Shown here: in pieces, positions 8,270 through 16,418 of the stretch
Layout: every line of letters begins with the position of its first letter
Numbering within the stretch: position 1 is the stretch's first letter
The notes under the pieces: model-generated
Database searches by the model: none
Told to the model about the DNA's origin: nothing
Seen by the model: only the letters and a program-made list of their open reading frames with translations
Program-made: the position numbers and the translations under genes
DNA from: Abditibacteriaceae bacterium
GTDB taxonomy: Bacteria; Armatimonadota; Abditibacteriia; Abditibacteriales; Abditibacteriaceae
DNA length: 32,221 nucleotides
Direction: 5' to 3'
Assembly (NCBI GenBank): GCA_031372065.1
Contig: JANMKN010000182.1
Coordinates: 1-32,221 of the forward strand

Positions 8270-10879
8270 ATGGCCGACCTTGTAACGCTTACCATTGACG
8301 GGCGAAAAGTGTCCGTCCCCAAAGGCACTTTAGCCATCGAAGCCGCCACGCAAGCCGGCGTGGATGTGCCGCGTTTTTGCTATCATCCGAAATTGTCGGC
8401 GGTTGGGATGTGCCGGATGTGTCTGGGCGAAGTCGGGATGCCGAAAATGAATCCCGATAAAACGCCCGCGCTCAATGAAGATGGCACGCCGCAAATCGCC
8501 ATGATGCCCAAGCCGCAAACGCTTTGCACCACGCAAGCCGCCGATGGCATGGTCGTTCTCACCGAAAGCGATGCCGTCAAGAAAATGCAGCATGGCGTGT
8601 TGGAATTTTTCCTTGCCAATCACCCGCTTGATTGCCCGATTTGCGACAAGGGCGGCGAATGTATGCTGCAAGATCAGGCGATGGCCTATGGTCAGGGTGC
8701 TTCTCGCGTGCAGGATTTATACGCACAGAAAAAAGACCTTTCCAAAAACTATCATCTCAGCGAACTGATTACGCTCGACCAAGAGCGTTGCATTCAATGC
8801 GCGCGTTGCACGCGCTTTAGCGATGAAGTGGCGCAAGATCACGTTTTGGGCCTTTATTCGCGTGGCAGCAAAACCTATATCGGCACGCTTTCCGACCCGC
8901 CCTTCGATTCCAAATTTAGCGGCAACACCGTTGATATTTGCCCGGTTGGTGCTTTAACCAGTCGCGCCTTTCGCTTTCGCGCGCGCGTTTGGGAACTGAA
9001 AAACACGCCGACAGTTTCGATGGTGGATGGCTCTGGCACCAACATTTTTGTAGGTCAACGCAACGAAACTTTCGTGCGCGTTATTCCGCGCGATAATGAA
9101 GCGATTAACGAATGCTGGATTTCTGACCGTGACCGTTTTGGCCTCGAATGGGTAGATCATCCCAGCCGTTTGGCGCAGCCTTTGGTGCGACGTGACGGCA
9201 AGTTACAACCTGCGACGTGGGATGAAGCGTTGCAATTAGTGGCCGATAAAGTCCGCGATGCCGAAGGCGCAATTGGCGCCGTGGGGAGTGCGAAACTGAC
9301 CAACGAAGGCGCGCTTGCAATGGCGCGCTTGTTCCGCGAAACCGTCGGCACACCGAATGTAGATCACGAATTTTCGCCGACTTTAGCCAACGCCGCGCCG
9401 CTTCCCGATACCTTTTACGAAAATTTGGAAAGTGCCGATGTGATTTTGGTAGTCGGTGCGAATCCTAACGAAGAACTGCCGATTCTCGATTTGCGCCTCA
9501 AAAAAGCCGCTTTTCAGCGCGGCGCGAATTTAATTAACATTCAAAATTTCAAAACTTCGCTCAGTGACCTCGCTAAAACCAATTTGCTGATTCATGCGGG
9601 CGGCGAGGCGGCGCTGTTAAACGGTCTGGCGCGCGCCATGCATCAAGGTTGGCAGTCCGAGCCGGAACTTGATGCCAACTTGCGCGCCGACATGGAAAGC
9701 CGCGCCGAAGGCAAAGCGTGGCTCGATTCCTTGGCGCCGTTTGGCTCGGCCAAAGTGGAAAGCGCAAGCGGTGTGGATGAAACCACGTTGCGCGAACTGG
9801 CCGAAACGATTACCAAAGCGCAAAAACTCTTTGTGTTAATCGGCGCCAATTTATCGCCCGAAGCGCACAAAGCGGCGCAAAACTTGGCGGCCATGAAAGG
9901 CCGCAGCGAAAGTTGCGCCGTTCTCAACGGCGGCCCGAACGAACAAGGCGTGCGCCGCGCCGGATTAATTCCCGGCGCCAAAGGCTTAAGCGGCGCGCAG
10001 ATTCTTGAAACTGGCGCTTTGGGCGGCCTCAAAGTGCTGTATATCGCGGCCAATAACCCCTTAAATGGCGCCACCAAGCACGAAACGGCGCGACGCGCTT
10101 TGGAAAAGACGCCGTTTGTCGTGGTGCAATCGCTCTTTGAAAACGAATTGACGCAATACGCCGATGTGGTTTTGCCGGCGGCCAGTTTCTTAGAGCAAGA
10201 CGGCACGACGACCAATTTCCACGGCAAAATGCAGGTTCTCAAAGCGGCGTTTCGCCCGCGCGAACGGCGCAATGAAAACGGCGAAACGCTTTCGGCCTGC
10301 GCGCCCGATTGGATTATTTTTACGCGCCTTGCGCAAATTTTGGGCGCCGATTGGGGATGGCGTTCGCCATCCGATTTGACACGCGCTTTTCAAGCGATTC
10401 CGAACAGCGAAAACGATTGGAAATTTGCCCCGGCCAATGCCTCTTCGCTGGACGAAGCGAAATCTTCGACTGCTCCACTTGGCTCGTTCAAAGTGGTAAC
10501 CGGCACGCTGTTTTACGATGGCGGCGAAAGCCTGCAATATTGCGAGCGCTTGGGCCGCGTCGTGCCAAAAGAATTTGTGACAATCAACCGCAGCGATGCG
10601 CGCAAAATCGGCGTGGAGAACAACGATACCGTTGAAATCAAAGGTGAATGGGGCCGCGCGACGGCGCTTGTCAAAGTGGGCCGTGCCGTAAAAGAAGGCA
10701 CCGTTTTCGTGCCGCGTCGCCTGCGCGATTTGCAACTCAACAAAATCGCGCCCGGCAACGGTGCTTTGGTGTCGCTGACGAAAACCGCGCCGCAAGCCGA
10801 TTTACAAGAAACGCGGCCTTCCGATGGCGTTTCCGAAGAACCGGCTGGCTTTGCTCTGGCCGGTCAAGACAGAAGTTGA
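8270..10879 (+). CDS. nuoG: NADH-quinone oxidoreductase subunit G
   Basis: FCYHPKLSAVGMCRMC, HPLDCPICDKGGEC, CIQCARC, DICPVGAL; molybdopterin-oxidoreductase-like C-terminal part (ADVVLPAA). Confidence 0.96.
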   Translation: MADLVTLTIDGRKVSVPKGTLAIEAATQAGVDVPRFCYHPKLSAVGMCRMCLGEVGMPKMNPDKTPALNEDGTPQIAMMPKPQTLCTTQAADGMVVLTESDAVKKMQHGVLEFFLANHPLDCPICDKGGECMLQDQAMAYGQGASRVQDLYAQKKDLSKNYHLSELITLDQERCIQCARCTRFSDEVAQDHVLGLYSRGSKTYIGTLSDPPFDSKFSGNTVDICPVGALTSRAFRFRARVWELKNTPTVSMVDGSGTNIFVGQRNETFVRVIPRDNEAINECWISDRDRFGLEWVDHPSRLAQPLVRRDGKLQPATWDEALQLVADKVRDAEGAIGAVGSAKLTNEGALAMARLFRETVGTPNVDHEFSPTLANAAPLPDTFYENLESADVILVVGANPNEELPILDLRLKKAAFQRGANLINIQNFKTSLSDLAKTNLLIHAGGEAALLNGLARAMHQGWQSEPELDANLRADMESRAEGKAWLDSLAPFGSAKVESASGVDETTLRELAETITKAQKLFVLIGANLSPEAHKAAQNLAAMKGRSESCAVLNGGPNEQGVRRAGLIPGAKGLSGAQILETGALGGLKVLYIAANNPLNGATKHETARRALEKTPFVVVQSLFENELTQYADVVLPAASFLEQDGTTTNFHGKMQVLKAAFRPRERRNENGETLSACAPDWIIFTRLAQILGADWGWRSPSDLTRAFQAIPNSENDWKFAPANASSLDEAKSSTAPLGSFKVVTGTLFYDGGESLQYCERLGRVVPKEFVTINRSDARKIGVENNDTVEIKGEWGRATALVKVGRAVKEGTVFVPRRLRDLQLNKIAPGNGALVSLTKTAPQADLQETRPSDGVSEEPAGFALAGQDRS

Positions 10880-10886
10880 AAATTTC

Positions 10887-11031
10887 ACCACAGAGGACAC
10901 AGAGAAAATGAAGGATTAGCCACGAGAATACGTAAATGGCACGAAAGTTTTTGTTCTTTTTGTGTTTTCTGCGTTTTTTCGTGGCTATTCAAAACCTCTG
11001 TGTCCTCTGTGTCCTCTGTGTTCTCTGTGGT
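10887..11031. repeat. Nested nonamer-repeat hairpin element
   Basis: Outer ACCACAGAGGACACAGAG (10887..10904) pairs with 11014..11031 at 17/18; four CTCTGTG-containing 9-mers at 10996..11031; inner TAGCCACGA (10917..10925) pairs with TCGTGGCTA (10979..10987). Confidence 0.85.
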
Positions 11032-11047
11032 TAATAAGGTTTGAATT

Positions 11048-12085
11048 ATGCTTTGGTGGGATTTAGCGTTTACCGTTATCCGCACGTTTTTGATTTTCTT
11101 TATCGCGCTGAATTTGGTGCCGGGCCTCATCTGGATGGAACGGCGCGTTTTGGCGGAATTTCAAATGCGCGTCGGCCCCAATCGCGTCGGGCCGTTCGGC
11201 CTCTTGCAACCGATTGCGGATGCCGTCAAGCTGATGATGAAAGAAGACATCACGCCCGCCGGTGTGGATAAACCGATTTATTATCTGGCGCCGGTTTTGG
11301 CTTTGCTGCCCGCTGTAATGGCCTTGGCCGTGATTCCGTTTGGCCCTTCCAGTTGGTCCCAGATTGCCGATATTCCCAATTCTTTGCTGTATTCGCTGGC
11401 GATTTCGGGCCTTTCGGTTTACGCCGTAGCAATGGCGGGCTGGTCTTCCAACAACAAATATTCGCTGCTCGGCGGCCTGCGCGCTTCGGCGCAGATGATT
11501 TCTTACGAATTGGGAATGGGCTTGGCGATCATCGTGATTTTGCTGGGAACCGGTAGCACATCACTCAGCGAAATTGTCGAACTGCAAGCGAAACACGGCT
11601 GGAATATCATCGGCGGCGGCAACTTGTTCCTGATTCCTTCGATGCTGATCGCCTGCCTAACCTATTTCACTTGCGGCGTGGCCGAAACCAATCGCGCGCC
11701 GTTTGATATGGCCGAAGCCGAATCGGAACTGACTGCCGGTTTTCACACCGAATATTCCAGCTTCAAGTTCGCCATGTTTTTCTTGTCAGAATACGTCAAT
11801 ATGCTGATTATCGCCGCGCTTGCCACCACGCTGTTTTTGGGTGGTTGGAGCGGGCCGTTTATCAACGGCGCCGATGGCTATTCGATTGGCGAAACGCTGC
11901 TCGGCGTGGCGTATTTTTTGGCGAAAGTTTTCTTTTTTATCTTTGTTTACATCTGGCTGCGCGCCAGTTTGCCACGTTTTCGTTACGACCAGTTGATGAA
12001 TTTCGGCTGGAAATTTTTAGTGCCGCTCGGCCTCGCCAACATCTTTCTGGTAGCGATGGCGATTATGCTGAACGGCTGGAAGTAG
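11048..12085 (+). CDS. nuoH: NADH-quinone oxidoreductase subunit H
   Basis: [62 protein letters not shown]. Confidence 0.98.
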   Translation: MLWWDLAFTVIRTFLIFFIALNLVPGLIWMERRVLAEFQMRVGPNRVGPFGLLQPIADAVKLMMKEDITPAGVDKPIYYLAPVLALLPAVMALAVIPFGPSSWSQIADIPNSLLYSLAISGLSVYAVAMAGWSSNNKYSLLGGLRASAQMISYELGMGLAIIVILLGTGSTSLSEIVELQAKHGWNIIGGGNLFLIPSMLIACLTYFTCGVAETNRAPFDMAEAESELTAGFHTEYSSFKFAMFFLSEYVNMLIIAALATTLFLGGWSGPFINGADGYSIGETLLGVAYFLAKVFFFIFVYIWLRASLPRFRYDQLMNFGWKFLVPLGLANIFLVAMAIMLNGWK

Positions 12086-12087
12086 GA

Positions 12088-12165
12088 AGCGGTTACCTGT
12101 AAGCGTTTAGCAGTTAGCTTTTAGAATTTCGCAAATTAGCTAACCGCTCACCGCTCAAAGCTAAA
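12088..12165. repeat. Degenerate heptamer repeats in inverted arrangement
   Basis: AGCGGTT/AGCGTTT/AGCAGTT/AGCTTTT followed by GCTAACC/GCTCACC/GCTCAAA/GCTAAAG. Confidence 0.65.
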
Positions 12166-12174
12166 GGAACAATT

Positions 12175-12717
12175 ATGAGTCTCATCCCCGCATTCGCCAA
12201 AGGCATGGCCCGCACGCTGAAACACGCAGTGGGCACGACGGTTGGCGATGAAAACATAACCGTTCAATATCCCGAAGAAGAAAAAGCGCGCCCTGTTCGT
12301 TTTCGTGGGCGCCACATCCTCAATCGCTACGAAAACGGCCTCGAACGTTGTATCGGCTGCTCGCTGTGCGCCGCCGCGTGTCCGGCAGAAGCGATTTGGG
12401 TCGAAGCGGCGGAAAACGACCCCGAAAAGCGCGTTTCGCCCGGCGAACGCTACGCGGCGCGCTATGAAATCAATATGCTGCGCTGCATCTTTTGCGGCTA
12501 CTGCGAAGAAGCCTGCCCCACAGGCGCCGTGCAACTGGGCCACGATTACAAAATGGTGGACGAAGACGGCGTTCAACACGATTGGACAGACCGCGACAGC
12601 TTCATTTTCACCAAAGACATGATGCTGGTGGCACCCAACAGCAACAAACCCGACCCGCTCATTGACGCCCTTGACGAACGCATGAAACAAAATCCCGATG
12701 CTGACCGCGTTTGGTAA
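12175..12717 (+). CDS. nuoI: NADH-quinone oxidoreductase subunit I
   Basis: [37 protein letters not shown]. Confidence 0.97.
   Translation: MSLIPAFAKGMARTLKHAVGTTVGDENITVQYPEEEKARPVRFRGRHILNRYENGLERCIGCSLCAAACPAEAIWVEAAENDPEKRVSPGERYAARYEINMLRCIFCGYCEEACPTGAVQLGHDYKMVDEDGVQHDWTDRDSFIFTKDMMLVAPNSNKPDPLIDALDERMKQNPDADRVW
12654..12717 (+). repeat. Direct repeat copy 1 (last 64 bp of nuoI)
   Basis: CCCGCTCATTGACGCCC...GACCGCGTTTGGTAA; 63/64 identical to 13343..13406. Confidence 0.97.
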
Positions 12718-12763
12718 AGGGTGCGTTTCAACCATAAAACCGTAACCGACACTTTGTCCTGCC

Positions 12764-13354
12764 ATGAAAAACGTTTGGCTCTACTTAATCGCCGGTCTAG
12801 TCTTTGGCGGACTTTCTGTATGTCGCAGTGAGGATTCTAAACTCAATGTGACCTATGCTGGGAAGGTATCAGCGTTGAAACTCCCAGCCACCGCCCTCGG
12901 TCAAGATTGGACCGGGCCTACGGGCCTCGTTGTGGACGATTTCCAACAAGCCCTCAGCAAACAGCCGGTTGAAGTTAAATCGGAAATTGAAAAGTTGAGA
13001 AAACTGTTTCAACCAATCGGCATTGTAAGCGTAGCTGACTTTACATATCGGAAGAAATCGAAACCCCTGAGTCAAATTACGCTGAGGGTATTCCTATTCA
13101 AAAATGATGCTGTTTGCAAGAGTTGGTGGGAGAAGAAGTATCGGTATGAGGGTTGGGAAAAGCATTATACAGTTGTCAAAGGTGTTCCATATGACGCTGT
13201 TGCCAGCACTCAAATCACAAAGCGTGCCGTGGCATTTGGAAATGTCTGGATGACCTGTGGCGCACTGGACAAAACCGAGGATCATATCAAACTTTTAGAA
13301 CTCTACATTAACAAGATAAAGAATGTTGTCAATCAGAAGCGCCCCGCTCATTGA
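12764..13354 (+). CDS. Hypothetical exported protein in an inserted cassette
   Basis: 196-aa ORF with signal-peptide-like MKNVWLYLIAGLVFGGLS; codon usage visibly AT-richer than nuo; its stop codon lies inside repeat copy 2. Confidence 0.8.
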   Translation: MKNVWLYLIAGLVFGGLSVCRSEDSKLNVTYAGKVSALKLPATALGQDWTGPTGLVVDDFQQALSKQPVEVKSEIEKLRKLFQPIGIVSVADFTYRKKSKPLSQITLRVFLFKNDAVCKSWWEKKYRYEGWEKHYTVVKGVPYDAVASTQITKRAVAFGNVWMTCGALDKTEDHIKLLELYINKIKNVVNQKRPAH

Positions 13355-13406
13355 CGCCCTTGACGAACGCATGAAACAAAATCCCGATGCTGACCGCGCT
13401 TGGTAA
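13343..13406 (+). repeat. Direct repeat copy 2 of the nuoI 3' end, including stop codon
   Basis: One mismatch (GCGCTTGG versus GCGTTTGG) to 12654..12717. Confidence 0.97.
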
Positions 13407-13518
13407 GAAGACCTTAGCTTTTAGCAATTAGCGATGAGGTTTTAGGTTTTGCTTTTTCGATTTGTATGCGTCTTGCTCGGCCAGTCTGTGTTTGTAGTGA
13501 CAAGCTAATGTGAAAAAC

Positions 13519-13558
13519 AAAAGGCCGGAGCAGGAAAGTTTCCTGCTCCGGCCTTTTT
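13519..13558. terminator. Bidirectional intrinsic terminator
   Basis: AAAAGGCCGGAGCAGGAAA-G-TTTCCTGCTCCGGCCTTTTT, between convergent transcription units. Confidence 0.88.
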
Positions 13559-13559
13559 G

Positions 13560-14420
13560 TCATTTAATTTCGATAAAAAGCGGCGGGGCGAGAAGTTGTG
13601 GCGTGGACTGCAAAACAGTTTGCACACGGTAACGTCCCGGCTTGATTTGGCTGGTGCCATTGTCGCCGGGCAGGGCCACACCATTCCAAATGCGGGTGTA
13701 ATTTTTGGTTTCGCCATTTTGCCACGTCACTTCGCCCAAAGCGCGGATGAAACGCAAATTGGCGCCGTAATTCCATACCATGTTGCCGCGCTCGTCGCTG
13801 ATGGTGACATCACAATCCAAACCCGACTCGAATTTCAGAGTTTTGTCAGCGCCGCTCTTGTTAGCGGCCAGCACATCAATTTGCACCGCTTCGCCAATTT
13901 TGTAGCGCGTTTTATCGGTGCGTGCCGCGAGCGCGATGGTATTTTGCGCGGCGATCTCAAAGGCAAGCGGCGCGGCTACAATGGGGCGCGGCGTATTAGC
14001 AAGGCGCGCCACAAGGCGATATTTGCCGGGTTTGAGTTGTCCCATTTCATCGCCTATAACGTCGTTGTAATGCTGGCTTTGACCCGGTTTTAACCACAAT
14101 GAACCCAGAGATTGCACAAACATCCGCGAGGCACTCCATGTGTAAACGGTTTCGTTATTGCCTTGCCGGTAAACCGAAAAATCAAAGCGTTGGCCGCTGG
14201 TGAAACGCAAATATGCGCCCTTTTTCGCAGTATTGATGGCCGTTAAACGCACTTGAATCGGCTGACCGGGCGCATAAACTTTCTTATCGGTGGAGGCGTA
14301 GAGTTTTACCCACGAACGCGCTGCGGCCTGAGCGGTTTTTTTCTGCGGGCGCGCTTGTGCTTCAAAGGGCGCCGCCAAAATCGAAGCGGCAAACGCCGCA
14401 CTCCAAATAAACTGTTTCAT
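13560..14420 (-). CDS. Exported protein with two BsuPI-like (proteinase inhibitor-related) domains
   Basis: Signal peptide ending around AQA; two homologous halves (TDKKVYAPGQPI..LRFTSGQRFDFSV..VYTWS..PGKYRL and TDKTRYKIGEAV..LKFESGLDCDVTI..VWNY..PGRYRV). Confidence 0.8.
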   Translation of the reverse strand: MKQFIWSAAFAASILAAPFEAQARPQKKTAQAAARSWVKLYASTDKKVYAPGQPIQVRLTAINTAKKGAYLRFTSGQRFDFSVYRQGNNETVYTWSASRMFVQSLGSLWLKPGQSQHYNDVIGDEMGQLKPGKYRLVARLANTPRPIVAAPLAFEIAAQNTIALAARTDKTRYKIGEAVQIDVLAANKSGADKTLKFESGLDCDVTISDERGNMVWNYGANLRFIRALGEVTWQNGETKNYTRIWNGVALPGDNGTSQIKPGRYRVQTVLQSTPQLLAPPLFIEIK

Positions 14421-14546
14421 GATGTTTCTCTTTCTTCGCCAAGGGGCGAGGGCTTTTAAACGTCCAAAGCGTCTGCAAGTTCTAAACGAGCGTGACCAGT
14501 TTCACAGCAGGACAGTCAAACTCAAGCCTGAAAAGATTGGAAAATA

Positions 14547-14804
14547 ATGGAATCACAACCAAACGCCCAGCCGAAAAACCCGTTACATGGCGTCACGTTG
14601 GAGCGTATGCTGACCGAATTGGTCGAACATTTTGGTTGGGACGCCTTGGCGCAGCGCATCCGCATTCGCTGCTTCGCCAGCGATCCAAGCATCGCTTCCA
14701 GTCTCAAATTTCTGCGCAAAACCCCGTGGGCGCGCGCCGAAGTGGAAAGCCTCTATTTATTTTTGCTGCGCGAAAGGGCACGGCAAAATAAGGCTCGCCG
14801 ATAA
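14547..14804 (+). CDS. VF530-like (DUF2132) putative DNA-binding protein
   Basis: [21 protein letters not shown] and [26 protein letters not shown]. Confidence 0.92.
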   Translation: MESQPNAQPKNPLHGVTLERMLTELVEHFGWDALAQRIRIRCFASDPSIASSLKFLRKTPWARAEVESLYLFLLRERARQNKARR

Positions 14805-14922
14805 TGCAAGACGTTTATGCCGGCTTGTAACCGGCGCAGGCGCTACAGTTGGCGGGCTATGGCAGTGAGGAGTTTTGAAAATTATAAAGCCAGCGCTGCT
14901 AAAATAGAATTGAGGATACGTG

Positions 14923-15138
14923 ATGCAAACCATCGAACTTATCACAACTTCGCCGGACGTTTTGGGCGGCACTCCGACTTTCGTGGGCACGCGCGTGCCC
15001 GTAAAGAACCTGACCGATTATTTGGAAGCGGGCGACACCATAAATGAATTTTTAGAAGATTTTCCCTCGGTATCGCGCGAGCAAGCTATTGCCGTCTTGG
15101 AAAGCGGTAGGTCATTTTCAGAAAAGGTATTGGCATGA
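14923..15138 (+). CDS. DUF433 family protein (putative antitoxin)
   Basis: SPDVLGGTPTFVGTRVPV, LEAGDTINEFLEDFPSVSREQAIAVLE; GAGGA ribosome-binding site; GTG at 14920 is an alternative start. Confidence 0.9.
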   Translation: MQTIELITTSPDVLGGTPTFVGTRVPVKNLTDYLEAGDTINEFLEDFPSVSREQAIAVLESGRSFSEKVLA

Positions 15139-16382
15139 CTAAGAAATCACTCGTTGTCTTAACAGTGGTCGTTATGGGTTTGGGACTTTTGGGTTGGCGT
15201 TATTTGCGTCCGCCCGCATCTCCTTTAAAAGTCACTCTTGTCGAGCAGGGAACCAGAATGACTTACGACCCCGTTTACCAAAATCTCTATTTATATGGGA
15301 TTTTGCACGCGGAAGACAATGCGGCGCAAATTGCCGGACGAGATGTGCAACAAGATGAGTTTTTATGGGAAGTAAGAGGCGCACGCTATAGACCCAACGC
15401 ACAATCTCCATGGCAAGATGTGCCTCCACTACCCTACAACAAAGTGTCTTCGTGGCCCGTGGTTTATTCTATGAAAATAGATTTTTCCTATTACTTGGTG
15501 CAAAGATTCGCTGATAAGCCCGGCGATTGGCAGATTTCAGTGCGTCACATCCGCAACTATACAAAACGAAGTGGCCTAAGGCTTTTGCGGTGGCGTGGGA
15601 GTGCCGACTATCTCTGGTCTTTTTCTCTGCCCAAGTTGCCTCCGCGACGCGATGATTCTCTGGTGCCGGGTCAAGCCTACGTTGGCGCTATTGAATGGAA
15701 TTTCAACGATGGCTGGCAGGAAATTCCTCAAGCGGGTCAACCCGGCTTTCCCTTGACCTTAACGGCAAGGCATATGGTTGATTTACGCGCCGTTAGAAAA
15801 AATCCTAATCGCCCATGGCCCGATAGAGGTAAAGAGGAAAAACCTTGGCCGCACTGGAAAGGTGTTGGTGTGGACGCGTTTGGTAACGGAGATGCCATGA
15901 TTAATTGCGATAATCCGGCGCTTCTATCTCGACACGCACGCGATTTCAAGACAATATCCGCCATTTGCGGCAACACACTTACACGACAAATTCTGGTTTT
16001 GCCGAAGCCTGATATTTTCGTTTATGAGCCGACTGAGGTGCTTTCACAATCAAAAAGCAAAAAAACTATGACTTTACCAATAGAAGCCAAAGTCGTTTGG
16101 ACATCTGAATGGCACCCACCCATCAAAGTTCGCTTTGCGGCTTATAAAGCGCTTAACGCCCGCGACCCAAATGCTCCTGTTGGCGAACCGATAGGCCAAA
16201 TCAATGGCCCTTCAGCAAAAGACGACGTGATAATTTTGCCCGGTGATGAAGGCATGGCAAAAGCTACTCTGACTCTGCCTGAAAATGCCACGAACATCAA
16301 ATTGAAAGCGATATTAGTTATCCCGAACAACAACAGTGAGTTTCACATCGCCAATTTCAATGCTGCTGAACTCAGAAGGTAA
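15135..16382 (+). CDS. Hypothetical membrane-anchored/exported protein
   Basis: 415-aa ORF with N-terminal hydrophobic segment LVVLTVVVMGLGLLGW; ATGA overlap with DUF433; no family recognised. Confidence 0.8.
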   Translation: MTKKSLVVLTVVVMGLGLLGWRYLRPPASPLKVTLVEQGTRMTYDPVYQNLYLYGILHAEDNAAQIAGRDVQQDEFLWEVRGARYRPNAQSPWQDVPPLPYNKVSSWPVVYSMKIDFSYYLVQRFADKPGDWQISVRHIRNYTKRSGLRLLRWRGSADYLWSFSLPKLPPRRDDSLVPGQAYVGAIEWNFNDGWQEIPQAGQPGFPLTLTARHMVDLRAVRKNPNRPWPDRGKEEKPWPHWKGVGVDAFGNGDAMINCDNPALLSRHARDFKTISAICGNTLTRQILVLPKPDIFVYEPTEVLSQSKSKKTMTLPIEAKVVWTSEWHPPIKVRFAAYKALNARDPNAPVGEPIGQINGPSAKDDVIILPGDEGMAKATLTLPENATNIKLKAILVIPNNNSEFHIANFNAAELRR

Positions 16383-16418
16383 AGTTGGTCGTAGGTAACA
16401 CAGTGAACAGCGAAAACC

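Noticed and set aside
9000..9140. NuoG defect because N7 cysteines are missing
   Set aside because: Cluster N7 is absent from many functional NuoG proteins, and the other Fe-S motifs are intact.
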